This document shows positions 17,594 through 28,171 of a stretch of 43,158 bases of DNA, piece after piece (the first letter of the stretch is position 1; each line of letters begins with the position of its first letter). Under the pieces are notes generated by a model that saw nothing but the letters and a program-made list of their open reading frames with translations, was not told where the DNA came from and made no database searches. Location of the stretch: IMG/VR virus record IMGVR_UViG_3300024040_000024, positions 1-43,158 of that record; one strand, 5' to 3'. This DNA comes from a virus. Its lineage: Duplodnaviria > Caudoviricetes. The position numbers and the translations under genes were made by a program.

Positions 17594-18913
17594 TTAGGAT
17601 ACGCGGCCGAAGTCGCCGTAGATGAACGCCTCCGGGCGGTAGACCGCCAGGGCCAACCGCTCTTCCGCCAGAATGGTGACCAGGTTCTTGATGAAGTCAT
17701 CATTCACATACCCGGTTTCCACACGCGCATCCCAGCGGTCGAAGACCTGCGCCCCCAGCTTGAAGGCGCCTGTCAGGAACTTGTCGATGGTCATCGCCTG
17801 CGTCTGAACCACCGGCAGCGACCACAGGGTAGGCGTGATCGATCCCTGCGGATTGCCGATGATATACCGCCCGGTCGTATCTTTCAGCGTTTCGATCCAG
17901 GTCCAGTCCGCCGGGTGCATGACATGGCCGGTCGCCGGATATTCCGCCAGCGCCGCCTGCAGCATGGCCAGGCGGATGCGGTCGATGCTGGTGGGAGACG
18001 AAAGCGCGATCGGCGCCGAATAGGCGGTTGCCTGTGGAATGATGCCGTTTAGGTTCTGCCCGGTCCCGTCGCCGTTCAGCAACTGGTTTTCTTCCACGTA
18101 AGCCAGGCCATACAGCAGGCGCTGATCGATGACCGATTGCAGTTGCGATACATCGCTGAGGATCTGCTTCGAGGCCTTCATCCAGTGGGCGATGACCTTG
18201 GCCGAAGTCGTCACCAAATCGAACTTCAGGTCCGACCCCGGCTTGGACGCGCCTTCCGCCACCGGCGCCGCGCTGTTGGTGAAGCCGGTTTCCTTCACAT
18301 ATTCCAGCGAGTTGCCGTCCATGCGGCCCGGCGTCAGCAGGTCGCGCACGGTCATGCGGCGTTGCGGCAGGGGCAGGATGCCAGGCAGGCGGGTGGTTTG
18401 CACAGCGTCACCCACCGAGCCGGCGGCGTCGGTCGTGGCCGAGGTCAGGGTGGCCTTGATCTGCAGATCGGCGCCACGGGCGGACTTCGAGAAACCGGAG
18501 GCCGCGAACGACTTGAAGCCTTCGCTTTCCACGAACTGCTCGCCAATGGATTTCTGGTGGTCGTCGTCCGATCCGCCGGAGCGGGCCATCTTCTGCTCAA
18601 GCTCGTCAAGGCGCGCCTTCGCCTCGTTCATGCCGGTCAGGGCGCCGTCGATGATTTCCTTCTGGGAAGCCGTCTGGTCGATGCCCTTCTGGGCTTCCGC
18701 CACGGCCTTTTCCGCCAGGCCTTTGACCTCATCGAACTTCTTCTCGAAGTCCTTCTTGATCTCAGCCGCCATTTCGGCGGGCGTCGGACCACTGTGACCA
18801 TCAGGATCACGCAGGAAGCGGCCCATGCGGCGCTCATTCGCCGACATACGGAAACCAAGGGCAGACATAACGGCAAGCGAGGCCGCCGCCGCAATAGTGA
18901 AACGGTTTTTCAT
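17594..18913 (-). CDS. major capsid protein, HK97 fold
   Basis: coiled-coil delta domain; EENQLLNGDGTG, GRYIIGNP and LAEERLAL.VYRPEAF motifs. Confidence 0.95.
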   Translation of the reverse strand: MKNRFTIAAAASLAVMSALGFRMSANERRMGRFLRDPDGHSGPTPAEMAAEIKKDFEKKFDEVKGLAEKAVAEAQKGIDQTASQKEIIDGALTGMNEAKARLDELEQKMARSGGSDDDHQKSIGEQFVESEGFKSFAASGFSKSARGADLQIKATLTSATTDAAGSVGDAVQTTRLPGILPLPQRRMTVRDLLTPGRMDGNSLEYVKETGFTNSAAPVAEGASKPGSDLKFDLVTTSAKVIAHWMKASKQILSDVSQLQSVIDQRLLYGLAYVEENQLLNGDGTGQNLNGIIPQATAYSAPIALSSPTSIDRIRLAMLQAALAEYPATGHVMHPADWTWIETLKDTTGRYIIGNPQGSITPTLWSLPVVQTQAMTIDKFLTGAFKLGAQVFDRWDARVETGYVNDDFIKNLVTILAEERLALAVYRPEAFIYGDFGRVS

Positions 18914-18955
18914 AAGATTTTCCTTTGAGGAGTGAGATTGCCGATAGGGCAGGGT

Positions 18956-19612
18956 TCAGCCGCGCAGGGCTTTCAAAAAGTCCATCACATCATCTGCCTG
19001 CGCTCCGGGTTCCCCCCGAAGGTGCGGCGCGGCCTTGGCGGCGATGGTGGTCGCCAGGGCCTTTGAGAAGCCTGAATCCCTCAGGTACGCCTCGAATTGC
19101 CGGACGGTCGGCAGGTCGCCGTCGTCCAGAATGGATTTGATGCTGTCGATCCGCGCCGCCACACCCAGCGCCCCGAAGGTCACGATACTGACCTCGCGCA
19201 GGTTCAGTTGTTTCAGGAGCAATACGCCGGGCCGGGACGGGTCTTTCTTGGTTTCGATCTCGCGGTAACCGATGGATAGCTCATCCAGCGCGCCGGCCTT
19301 CATCAGGGCGAAGGTTTCCGCCGCCAGCGCCGTATCATCCTTCAGGATGCGCCCGGCGACCCTCAGGCCCTTTTCGTCCTCCGCCAGGTCTTCCCAGACG
19401 CCGATGACCGATGATGTGTCATGCTGGCGCAGCATCTTGATACTGCGGCCCTCACGGCGCGAGGCCGCCAGCGATTGCTTGAAAGCGCCGCGCACCACGG
19501 CCTCGTTACAGCTGTCCACAACGTTCCACACCGAGGCGTAACCCTCGATGCGGCCGTCGCCGCCGATCGACTTGAGGTCGAGCGTCAGACCCGAATTCTT
19601 AGTTTTCATCAT
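18956..19612 (-). CDS. HK97-family prohead protease
   Basis: IEGYASVW, MLRQH, LSIGY and LREVSIVT motifs. Confidence 0.93.
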   Translation of the reverse strand: MMKTKNSGLTLDLKSIGGDGRIEGYASVWNVVDSCNEAVVRGAFKQSLAASRREGRSIKMLRQHDTSSVIGVWEDLAEDEKGLRVAGRILKDDTALAAETFALMKAGALDELSIGYREIETKKDPSRPGVLLLKQLNLREVSIVTFGALGVAARIDSIKSILDDGDLPTVRQFEAYLRDSGFSKALATTIAAKAAPHLRGEPGAQADDVMDFLKALRG

Positions 19613-20888
19613 TCCCTCCGGCGACCAGTGCGGGCGGATTGCTCATATTGATCGGGATATTCTGCGACTGCATCCGGGGCACATCGCCACCGGCCACGGG
19701 CGGCAGGTTTTCCAGTGCCCGAACCTCGTTGATCGTCATGGCGCCGATGGATGTCATCGACCTGTAAAATTCCGACCGTCCGGCGCCATCGCCCCGCAGC
19801 AGGCCCTCAAGATTGAACTCGACAACAATCCCCGCAGCCTGATCTTCGGGTGTAAGCAATTGTTTCTGAATCGCCTGTTCGATCCGTTTAAGGCGGCGGC
19901 GCAGGGTATATTTTATGAAGCCGAGCGTCACTTCCTGCACGCCGGTGCCCCAGCTACTGGTCTTCTCACCATGCCCGATCATGATCGGCGGCACGCCGAA
20001 CAGGCGGCAGATTTCCTCGACGCTGAAGCCCCGCGACTCCAGCATCTGCGCGTCTTCCGGCGAAAACGACAGGTTTGAAGGCTTAAGTCCGGCCTCCAGT
20101 ATCAGCGGGCGCCCGGCATTCATCGCGCCCTCATGCTTTTCCATCAGGGCCTTTTCGATCAGATTGCGCTGATCTCCCAGAAACCTGTCCGTCGTCAGCG
20201 CGATCGACGGCCTGACACCGTTGACGAAGGTCTTGGCGGCGGCGGTATTGACGGCGGATGACAGGCCAAAGACCTGCCTGCCATAACTGAGCGTCGAAAG
20301 CCCGCCCAAAGGGCCGCCGCCGAACCCGCGCACATGAAAAACCTGTTCCTGCGGCAGGTCGTAATACTTGCTGTCCTCGCTCCAGCGATACCGTAACGAT
20401 CCGTCGGTTTGACGCCGGACGGCCGGGCAATGGATCGGATACAGCGCCACCAGACGGCGGCCGCTGTATACCTTGCGCGCGTGCATGTTTCCGCGCAGCT
20501 CCAGGGCTGCCGTGCCGCCCTCCCAGAAATCCATGGCCGTCTGGTCGTAGTTCGGGGATTCCCGCAACAGGCGGTACAGCGGATGATCCGTGGCAACGGT
20601 ACGGACACCCTGCGCATCGGTGCGGTAAATCACCAGCGGCAGGGAGGCGATGGTGCCGGAAAGCAGGTTAACACAGGCCCAGGCCGCCGAAAGCCCCAGA
20701 ACCGACGACTCATTGACCGCCACGCCGGCGACCGAAGCCCCACCATCCCAATGGCTGGGATTGGTCAGTGACAAGCTGACCACCGTATCGGCGGCCTTGG
20801 TGCTCAAAACCTGGCCTTCGGTCAGGACATGCGCGTGATATCCGCCGCCTTCCTTCACGCCCGGAAGCCAGTTTTTGAACATATTCAA
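19599..20888 (-). CDS. HK97-family portal protein
   Basis: ACVNLLSGTIASLP, EICRLFGVPP and MTINEVRALENLPP motifs. Confidence 0.95.
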   Translation of the reverse strand: MNMFKNWLPGVKEGGGYHAHVLTEGQVLSTKAADTVVSLSLTNPSHWDGGASVAGVAVNESSVLGLSAAWACVNLLSGTIASLPLVIYRTDAQGVRTVATDHPLYRLLRESPNYDQTAMDFWEGGTAALELRGNMHARKVYSGRRLVALYPIHCPAVRRQTDGSLRYRWSEDSKYYDLPQEQVFHVRGFGGGPLGGLSTLSYGRQVFGLSSAVNTAAAKTFVNGVRPSIALTTDRFLGDQRNLIEKALMEKHEGAMNAGRPLILEAGLKPSNLSFSPEDAQMLESRGFSVEEICRLFGVPPIMIGHGEKTSSWGTGVQEVTLGFIKYTLRRRLKRIEQAIQKQLLTPEDQAAGIVVEFNLEGLLRGDGAGRSEFYRSMTSIGAMTINEVRALENLPPVAGGDVPRMQSQNIPINMSNPPALVAGGNDEN

Positions 20889-22579
20889 GCCACTACTCCC
20901 AAGCTTTCAAGATAGTTGTTCCACTCATTCGCCAGCGCCTCCGGATTGCGGGCCATCAGCATGACCGCATTGAACATGGCGACGAGCGGATCGATCTTCG
21001 CCCGACCGGCTGTCTCCTTCGTGATCAGGATGGCCGAACCGCGCACCTCGGCGGCGGCATTGCCGACGCACCAGTTCATCAGCCGCGAACCGCCATGCCG
21101 CAACGACAGGTTCTTCAACTTGATCTCCGATCCCCATGAGGCCGGTGACAAGGCGCTGCCCTGCCGGATGGCTGACAAAAGCTCCCCGTCGATACCCCGC
21201 ATGGCCAGCTCGTCCACCAGTCCGGCGATACAATAAGGGTCCAGCCCCACGCCATGCTTCTCCGGCAACAGATCGCGGGCCTTGATGCTGGCCACGATAT
21301 CGGCCACATCCCGGTTCGGCTGTTCCGGATCGTCACAGATCACCAGATCGCCGTCGCTCTCGAACTCAAGCAACTGGGTGGCGATATCCTGCCGCAGGTG
21401 CAGAACGTCGCTGTGCGCCCACGCCCTGGCCCATACCATCCACCGCCGCGTTTCACGCTCGCGGCCGATGACCGACAATCCCACCAGATCGTCCAGTCCG
21501 CCGCCGTCTATGCCGACGGTGACCACTTCCGACCGGTCGAGTATGTCCTCCAGGGTCCGCAGCGCCGGATCGGCGGCGGCCTCCCAGTAATCGACGCCGC
21601 GCCAGCGGTTGGCGGAGAGACGCAAGCCGATTTCCACGTTCAGATGCTTGGCCAGAAACGATTGCTTCTTGCCGCCCTTCGCCACCGGGCTGAAGGCCTT
21701 GGCCTTCTCCTGCATCAGGTAATCGATATCGACCGACCGGCCCAGGTTCGGATTTGTCACATACCAGTTGTCCGGATCGAGATAGGCTTCCACCTCGATC
21801 ATCGCCTCCGGATATTCATACAGCGTCGGCAAGCTGTGCGGATCGTTGATCTCGCCGTCGCGCACCCCCCGATGATAGGCCAGCTTTTCGGCAAAGACCC
21901 CGGCCGGTTGTTTGTCCGACTGGGTGGAAGCGTAGATGACGAAGCCCTCCGACCGCGACGCCAGGCCGCCGGTGGCCTCGGTGAGCATGTTTTCCGCATC
22001 ATGCCGGGAGCCGAATTCCCACAACTCATCGACAAAGACGAAACCGGCCTTATTGCCCGCCACCGTGCCGGAATCGGCGGCGATGACCTTCAGTTCCGCC
22101 TTCGTCTTCAGATGAGTGATCGTCCGCACACTCTCCTGAATGTGCAGCAACGTACTCAGATCAGAATCGGCGCGGATCATGGCCACGGCGGGCTTCCACG
22201 CGTTTCTCGCCACCTCGATCGTTGGCGCCAGCAGGATCAGTTCGGCGGCCATCCGCCAGTTGCGGATCAGCGCCGTCACCATTACGCCGGCGGCGATCGT
22301 AGATTTGGAATTTTTCTTGCTGATCAACAGAAAGAATTCCTTGATCAGACGCTTGTTACGCGCCTTGTCATAGGCCCCGAAGATCGCGGCCACCCACTCG
22401 AAGACCCAAGGTTCGCAGGCCTCGCCAAAGGTCGGGCTACCCGCCGCATCAACTATCCGAAGTCCCTTGAACACATCCAGCGCCGCCTGAGCTTCGTCAG
22501 GAAACAAGGGCGCAGGAATCAGCGACTGCCTGGCGACAATCCGTTCGCGCCAGTCAGGGCAGGCCGTAGACCAGTTCAT
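20885..22579 (-). CDS. terL: terminase large subunit
   Basis: Walker A SKKNSKST, Walker B FVFVDE, nuclease GIDGGGLDDL and KIDPLVA. Confidence 0.95.
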   Translation of the reverse strand: MNWSTACPDWRERIVARQSLIPAPLFPDEAQAALDVFKGLRIVDAAGSPTFGEACEPWVFEWVAAIFGAYDKARNKRLIKEFFLLISKKNSKSTIAAGVMVTALIRNWRMAAELILLAPTIEVARNAWKPAVAMIRADSDLSTLLHIQESVRTITHLKTKAELKVIAADSGTVAGNKAGFVFVDELWEFGSRHDAENMLTEATGGLASRSEGFVIYASTQSDKQPAGVFAEKLAYHRGVRDGEINDPHSLPTLYEYPEAMIEVEAYLDPDNWYVTNPNLGRSVDIDYLMQEKAKAFSPVAKGGKKQSFLAKHLNVEIGLRLSANRWRGVDYWEAAADPALRTLEDILDRSEVVTVGIDGGGLDDLVGLSVIGRERETRRWMVWARAWAHSDVLHLRQDIATQLLEFESDGDLVICDDPEQPNRDVADIVASIKARDLLPEKHGVGLDPYCIAGLVDELAMRGIDGELLSAIRQGSALSPASWGSEIKLKNLSLRHGGSRLMNWCVGNAAAEVRGSAILITKETAGRAKIDPLVAMFNAVMLMARNPEALANEWNNYLESLGVVA

Positions 22580-22583
22580 CCGA

Positions 22584-23072
22584 TCAGTTCAGGCGCGGTG
22601 GTTCCGGTGTGGCGTATCGTCCGCCCACCTGATCGGCGGCTTCCTGCCGAAGCGCCTTCTTGCCCATCGCCGCCTCTTTCACAGGCGTCACGGGCGTAGC
22701 GATCCGCTCAATCTGGCCCTTCTCGAACTCCTCGCGCAAGTAGCGTGCGGCCCCGACAACGCCAGCCTTCGCCTTTTCCCACATGGACTCGTTAAGTACA
22801 GCCTGAGCCAGGGCCGCCCCATTCTGAAGCTCCCGAAAATAATACTGGCGAAGCGTCGGCTCACTCAGCCCCACCCGCAAGGCGATATCCACCGTTGCAA
22901 TACCCGAAGCCTTCAAAACCGCAACCTTTTCAGCCACTTCCGGCGAACGCTTATGACGCTTCCGCCCGCGCGGGTCTTTAAGCTCCGTCCACGGGTCGCC
23001 CAAAAGATCAAGATGGGCCGCTTTTTTCGGCTCAGACAAAAAAAATCTCCGAATGAGGGGGCCGCGGGTCAA
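22584..23072 (-). CDS. terS: terminase small subunit (start uncertain)
   Basis: HTH (IALRVGLSEPTLRQYYFREL) directly upstream of terL. Confidence 0.75.
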   Translation of the reverse strand: MTRGPLIRRFFLSEPKKAAHLDLLGDPWTELKDPRGRKRHKRSPEVAEKVAVLKASGIATVDIALRVGLSEPTLRQYYFRELQNGAALAQAVLNESMWEKAKAGVVGAARYLREEFEKGQIERIATPVTPVKEAAMGKKALRQEAADQVGGRYATPEPPRLN

Positions 23073-23110
23073 CTGATGACCGGCGCGCCAGAGTTTTGAC
23101 CGCCCCCCTC
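23040..23110. other. probable cos/packaging region
   Basis: G/C-run-rich segment (GGGGGGCGGTCAAAACTCTGG...CCCCCTC on minus) between HNH and terS, the usual cos location in HK97-like phages. Confidence 0.4.
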
Positions 23111-23160
23111 CTGTTGCAAATTTGCACTGTCAAGTGCGAACGGATTGCAATTCTCTCTTT

Positions 23161-23547
23161 TCAATCCCAAACGCCGCGATGGTGAAGGCTCGCCTGTTCC
23201 TCCTGCTGTTTCACCTTGTCATGGCAAGGCAGCTTGCAGAGGGTTTGCAGGTTATCGAGATCGAAGAACAGCGCGCGATCACCTCTATGCGCGCGCCTGT
23301 GGTCCGCCACCGGACTGTCATCCGCCGGATACTTCCCGCCGCATATCCGCCCGCACATCTGGCAGGTGTAGTTATCCCGCACATGGCATGCGATCTTAAG
23401 CGACCGCCATTCCTGCGTCTTGTACCAGCCGCGCCACGCCGCATCCTCTCGGTGCCGCTGTATCGGCGCACGGTCAGGATCGGCGGGTCTGGCCAGTTTC
23501 GGCGGCAACGCACTGATGCGGGAGGGCAGGGCCGTCAGCTTCCCCAT
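23161..23547 (-). CDS. HNH endonuclease (terminase accessory)
   Basis: RDNYTCQMCG, ADH..H.GD and NLQTLC..CH motifs. Confidence 0.9.
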   Translation of the reverse strand: MGKLTALPSRISALPPKLARPADPDRAPIQRHREDAAWRGWYKTQEWRSLKIACHVRDNYTCQMCGRICGGKYPADDSPVADHRRAHRGDRALFFDLDNLQTLCKLPCHDKVKQQEEQASLHHRGVWD

Positions 23548-23671
23548 ATCCATCCCTCCAGACGCAGCGAAGGCGGCACCTGCTCCCGCTGATACCGCCT
23601 TCTGATGATGCCCGGATAACTCCGGACGCAATTCTGTTTCATGTTCACGGGACCGCATTTTGCGCCCAGGT

Positions 23672-24373
23672 TCAAGCCCTTTTTTGTGCTTTTAGAGCCT
23701 GATCGGCCCTGTGATCGAGGTCTTCATAAAAGAAAACCAGTTTTTCCAAAGCCTTATGCAGAAGTAACTTTCCTGTGAATTGGTGCATTTTTTTTTCAGG
23801 CGACACCGCACGGGCCACATAATGCCCGACATCGGCCATGCTGATATCCATCAGCACATATCCATACAGCACCACGCGCTCATCCTGCGTAAGCGGGCAG
23901 GATACCGGGCCGTGACTGGCCGCCGCCAGTTCACGCATGAGGCCTACAAACCGCTCCTGATCGCCCGCCTTATTGCCGCCGCCGGCCACGTCATAACAGG
24001 CCGTCAGATTGCCTATGCGCGCCCGCTCGAAGGCCTTGTTGAACCGCAACGCCACGGCGATCAGGTCATCGCACAGGCCAAGCCGCGCCAGCCGATAGTG
24101 CAGCCCCTTCGACCGGACCACCTTCACCAGCCCGCTACCCGCACCGGCGTGCAGATCGACAATCTGGAGATCGCCGCCCATCACGCGCTCGATCGTCGGC
24201 AGCACGATGGCCGATATCGCCTCATCCCCCACCCGGCAGGCCGCATCCGCAATCACCTCTCGCGCTGTGGCCCGCCGCGCCGCCATGGCCTCGGCCGCCG
24301 CCTGGCGTTCCGCCGGATCGGTCAGGCGGCAATGCGCGAACACCGCCTCTTTTTCTGTCTTGGCCTTGGCCAT
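23672..24373 (-). CDS. putative late transcription regulator
   Basis: last gene before the packaging module; C-terminal HTH-like segment; function inferred from position. Confidence 0.45.
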   Translation of the reverse strand: MAKAKTEKEAVFAHCRLTDPAERQAAAEAMAARRATAREVIADAACRVGDEAISAIVLPTIERVMGGDLQIVDLHAGAGSGLVKVVRSKGLHYRLARLGLCDDLIAVALRFNKAFERARIGNLTACYDVAGGGNKAGDQERFVGLMRELAAASHGPVSCPLTQDERVVLYGYVLMDISMADVGHYVARAVSPEKKMHQFTGKLLLHKALEKLVFFYEDLDHRADQALKAQKRA

Positions 24374-24422
24374 TTTTTCTTACTCCAACCTGAAAGATTA
24401 AAAACACAACGGCAGACAGACG

Positions 24423-24636
24423 ACGGAGGATCACACGTTCACACCTCGCGTCACGCCCGCGTTCATGGCGCACAGGCGATAATCCTCCGTATCCTCCGTA
24501 TAGTCCGTTTCATTAATTTATTCAGTCTGTTACGCGACGGACCATGAGCGCGTGACGGACCTTCCATTCTCCGTTTTCGAGGTGCCGCGCCAGATAAACA
24601 CCAGCCACGATCCTCCGTTCCTCCGTCATCCTCCGT
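24423..24636. other. putative replication origin (iterons plus AT-rich core)
   Basis: (A)TCCTCCGT at 24482, 24491, 24610, 24619 and 24628, inverted copy at 24423, degenerate copies, and AT-rich TTTCATTAATTTATT near 24508-24522. Confidence 0.7.
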
Positions 24637-24638
24637 CA

Positions 24639-26243
24639 TTAGCCGAACGGACCGTCCTCCATCGAAAGCGGATCATCGCCGATACCCCTGAGGGTCGCCG
24701 ACGCCGAACCGGTCTGATCCCCGCTGTCAGGGTTTTCGGCGGCATAATCCTGAGCCAGTTCCTCTTCCGTTTTCAAACGGATCGGCCCGCGATACTGAAT
24801 GCCCTTGCGGTCCTTGCCGGCGGGGCGGATCTGCCGCTGTGACAGGGCCGTGCCGAAGGCCTTGACGCCCATTATCTGCTTGGCGTCCTGCCCCTGGTCC
24901 TCGCACCACGCCTTGTAATCGGCGTGCAGGTCCTTGCTGAGTGTGCGATGCCCCTCGGCGGCCTTGCCAAAAACGCACCGCGTCATCAGCCAGTCCCCAA
25001 ACGGCGACGATTCCTTGCGGTAGTCCTCCAGCACGCGCCTGATCGCCTTCGGCGGCGCGAGACCCTGCGCCAGCCAGTCGCCGACGCCCTCCAGTACCCA
25101 GTTGAGGATGCCGGGGAATTCCGCCCTGAGCTTCTGCGGCAACTGTTTATCGACCTGCTCGACCGGCACCTGGTTCTCGAACGGGATGACATTCGCCCGC
25201 CGCCAGATGCCGTCATCATCGCCGCGCACGACCGGCAACGCGTTACATTCCACGATCAGTTTGCCCTTCGGCCGGAAATCGATCGGCGCCTCACGCAGTT
25301 GCCGCGCCGTGATCGGCGATCCCGATGTCCAGGCTTTCAGCCGGCCCTCATTGAATTTCGCCCCGCGCGGCGGCTCGGAAAGCACGACGAAGCGCACATC
25401 GCCCGCCAGCTTGATCAGGTCGGGCGAGGCCCCCGATCCGCCGGTGTTCGCTGTCTCCAGAAAGGTGTTGATATCCCCCACGCCGCCATAGCCGCCCGCC
25501 ATTTCACGCACGGCGTCGAGCAGGGTCGATTTGCCGTCCCGGCCCTTGCCCTGGCAGATGGCGAAGGCCTGTTCATAGACATGGCCGGTCAGGGCATAGC
25601 CGTTGAAGCGCTGAAAGAACGCCGCCACCTCGGCATCGGGCAGGCTGTCCCGCCATACCCGGCGAAATTGCGGCGCGGCCGCCGTCTTGTCGTAGGCTAC
25701 ACCGAGCATCCGCGTGATCCGGTCCGCCGGACTGTGCGGCCGCAGCTCGATCTGCAGCTTGCCGGCCTTGTCCAGTTTCAGTTTCAGCGTGCCGTTTTCG
25801 CAATTCAACCGCATCGGATCGCCGTCGAAGGCGTCGATCTCGACCGTCAGATAGGATTCCGCCTGTTTCAGCATGGCGGAGGTGGCCCCGGCCTGTCCCA
25901 GGCCATCGAGATATTTGCGCAGTTCGGGATAGGTCAGGCCATACTTTTTGAGCATCTCTTCCCTGACCTCCGGCGCGCGCATCTTCTGCCCCGCGCTGTG
26001 GGCCATGCGGCGCGAAAGCACCTCGCCGAACTTGCCGTCCCAGTAGCGGCCGTTGAAACCGATCCAGCCCATGCCGATCACATAGAGCAGCCGCACATGG
26101 TCGATATTGACGCCATCGTCCGTCAGCGCCCCGCCCGCCAGGCGGATCAGGCGCATGGCGTTGCCGTAATCGCTCAGGTCATAGCCCGCCAGCTCCTTCG
26201 CGGTCGGCGCATCCGGAAAGGCGTTGTCATCCATCAAACTCAT
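24639..26243 (-). CDS. P4-family/D5-like primase-helicase (SF3)
   Basis: DYGNAMRL, Walker A GKGRDGKST, DDGIWRR..VIPF and C-terminal winged helix. Confidence 0.92.
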   Translation of the reverse strand: MSLMDDNAFPDAPTAKELAGYDLSDYGNAMRLIRLAGGALTDDGVNIDHVRLLYVIGMGWIGFNGRYWDGKFGEVLSRRMAHSAGQKMRAPEVREEMLKKYGLTYPELRKYLDGLGQAGATSAMLKQAESYLTVEIDAFDGDPMRLNCENGTLKLKLDKAGKLQIELRPHSPADRITRMLGVAYDKTAAAPQFRRVWRDSLPDAEVAAFFQRFNGYALTGHVYEQAFAICQGKGRDGKSTLLDAVREMAGGYGGVGDINTFLETANTGGSGASPDLIKLAGDVRFVVLSEPPRGAKFNEGRLKAWTSGSPITARQLREAPIDFRPKGKLIVECNALPVVRGDDDGIWRRANVIPFENQVPVEQVDKQLPQKLRAEFPGILNWVLEGVGDWLAQGLAPPKAIRRVLEDYRKESSPFGDWLMTRCVFGKAAEGHRTLSKDLHADYKAWCEDQGQDAKQIMGVKAFGTALSQRQIRPAGKDRKGIQYRGPIRLKTEEELAQDYAAENPDSGDQTGSASATLRGIGDDPLSMEDGPFG

Positions 26244-27430
26244 ATCGCCCCCTGAACCGCCTGGCGGCGTAACCTGTCATTGAAATCCTCCCCGATATCG
26301 GGCGCCAGCGTGCTGACCTGTTTCCAGCCTGCCGCCTCCCAGCTCGCGCGCGCCAGCGTGGCGCAAAGCCGCGCGCGCGCGGTCGCTCCCAATATGCGCT
26401 CGCCCGTGCCGCCGTGCGGCTTCCTGACCCTGACGCGGATCGGCGACATATCGTGGTCTATGCCGATGATGACGCGATCCTCGCCGGTGACGGGCCAGGT
26501 AAAGCCCCGCCGCTCCGGATCGGGCTTCGGCATGTCCGGATCGAACCGACCATAGGCATCCCTGAGATAACCGCCCTGCAGCCGCCCCAGCGAACACGCC
26601 GCCACCGCCCGGCACGGGCCATCGAAAAGCACCGCCATGGAAAGCGCCGTCTCGATCCCCTCCGCCACCAGCAAAGGCCCTTCGCCGTCGGTATCGCTCA
26701 ACCACAGCCCGCCGGGGCCACCGGCAACATGTTGCGGCCCCCACATCTTCTTGGCCTTCTCGCCCTCAGGCACATGTGCCTTGCCTGATCCGTCGCGCGC
26801 CAGATAGGTGACGTGTATGCCGCCGGTCCATACCCTCTCGCCGCCAGGGCCGGGCGCAGTCACCTGACCGATCATGGCGGGCATGACCAGCGCCGACTGA
26901 CGCGGCCCCGAATGATAGACATGGGCGTGAAAGCGCAGCCGGCGGCAGGCATTGGTCAGCACCCGGCCGTATATCCCGCGCGAAAGCAGATAGCGCTGCA
27001 CCAGCGTGCCCGCCGCCGGGCGCGACTCCTGCCAGATCTGCGCCGCGAAACGCTCCGAGAAGGTCGGTCCCTCCGGCACGTGAACCACGGGCGGGCGCGG
27101 CGCACGGGTATCCTGCGCCATCGGCCGGTCGCCGGGAAAGGCCTCGGCCGCCAGCCGCTTGGCCGCGTCCACGATCGTTTCGCCGCCCCGGCTGTGCATC
27201 AGGTGCTCCAGATCGATGACCGATCCGCCCCGCTCATCGCAGCAATAGGCCCTCCACGTCTTTTTTCGCACATCAACTTCGAAGGCGAAGCCGCTCTGTT
27301 TCTTGTCGCCATGCCGGCACAGCGGGCAGATGCCGCGCCGCTTCGGGCCACGGCCGATCAGCTTGCCGCCATAGACGGCAACGATATCGGCCTTGTCCTT
27401 GGCGCGGTTGAAGAGGTCACGGTCTGTCAT
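26240..27430 (-). CDS. DNA primase (zinc finger plus Toprim)
   Basis: CPLC..H, YLLSRGI, VAEGIETALS, IGIDHD and DFND motifs. Confidence 0.85.
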   Translation of the reverse strand: MTDRDLFNRAKDKADIVAVYGGKLIGRGPKRRGICPLCRHGDKKQSGFAFEVDVRKKTWRAYCCDERGGSVIDLEHLMHSRGGETIVDAAKRLAAEAFPGDRPMAQDTRAPRPPVVHVPEGPTFSERFAAQIWQESRPAAGTLVQRYLLSRGIYGRVLTNACRRLRFHAHVYHSGPRQSALVMPAMIGQVTAPGPGGERVWTGGIHVTYLARDGSGKAHVPEGEKAKKMWGPQHVAGGPGGLWLSDTDGEGPLLVAEGIETALSMAVLFDGPCRAVAACSLGRLQGGYLRDAYGRFDPDMPKPDPERRGFTWPVTGEDRVIIGIDHDMSPIRVRVRKPHGGTGERILGATARARLCATLARASWEAAGWKQVSTLAPDIGEDFNDRLRRQAVQGAI

Positions 27431-28110
27431 GCGACCACCTCGAACAAGTCACCCTGGATGAATGGATCGGCCTCCAGGACACGCCCCCACTGTTCGGCCA
27501 TAGCATCCGCTACGCCTGGGAATGACCGGCTGCGATCCTTCCATCGATCTGCAACCCACCCCGAACTACGGTGTACGCGTGACCACGCCTTCCACTCGTC
27601 CGTACCGCGAGGCGGTGGGATTAAACGATTGGTGGGAATCAATGGCGGGAGGCCATCGAGAAACAAGCCCAGGCCCTTAAATTCAGGATCGCCAAACCAC
27701 CACGGCTGAACAACCTGCGCGGGCGGTCGATAGTTTTTGATCCGCGACTGCGCCATCTTGTGCATTTGGGGGTTTTCAAGACACTTGCGCTTAATAGGAG
27801 CATTCCAACACGCGGAAAATAACGCCGCAGCCTCATCCAGTTCCGCGTACATTTCCGCAAGGGTCCGGCCTGGCGGAGGGACATGAAGCCACCTCAAACC
27901 TGATTTGCACAGGCGCGTACAAGGTGGGTGCATCAGCGCAAGAAGGTCCCAGCCGTCATTGAGCAGATCACGGACATCACAGATGATGTGCCGGTTACTT
28001 CCGTCTTCCGCAGGCAACAAGTCACACGACCAGACATCGTGTCCGCGAGCCGCAAAAGCGCGACGCGTGATGCCCGAATATTCGCATGCTATGAGAACGC
28101 GTCCCATCAC
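27427..28110 (-). CDS. phage C5-cytosine DNA methyltransferase-like protein
   Basis: VLIACEYSG, SCDLLP, HPPCT (catalytic PC), LENP and RSRSFPGVADAMAEQW. Confidence 0.75.
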   Translation of the reverse strand: MMGRVLIACEYSGITRRAFAARGHDVWSCDLLPAEDGSNRHIICDVRDLLNDGWDLLALMHPPCTRLCKSGLRWLHVPPPGRTLAEMYAELDEAAALFSACWNAPIKRKCLENPQMHKMAQSRIKNYRPPAQVVQPWWFGDPEFKGLGLFLDGLPPLIPTNRLIPPPRGTDEWKAWSRVHRSSGWVADRWKDRSRSFPGVADAMAEQWGRVLEADPFIQGDLFEVVA

Positions 28111-28171
28111 GCACCGCCCATCTTAGGCGGCCTTGGCAATATCCCTTTGCGCAGCTTGGTCTTGTGGAAGG

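Noticed and set aside
18800-18913. Signal-peptide-like start of the major capsid protein
   Set aside because: Part of the cleaved delta-domain leader; no evidence for export
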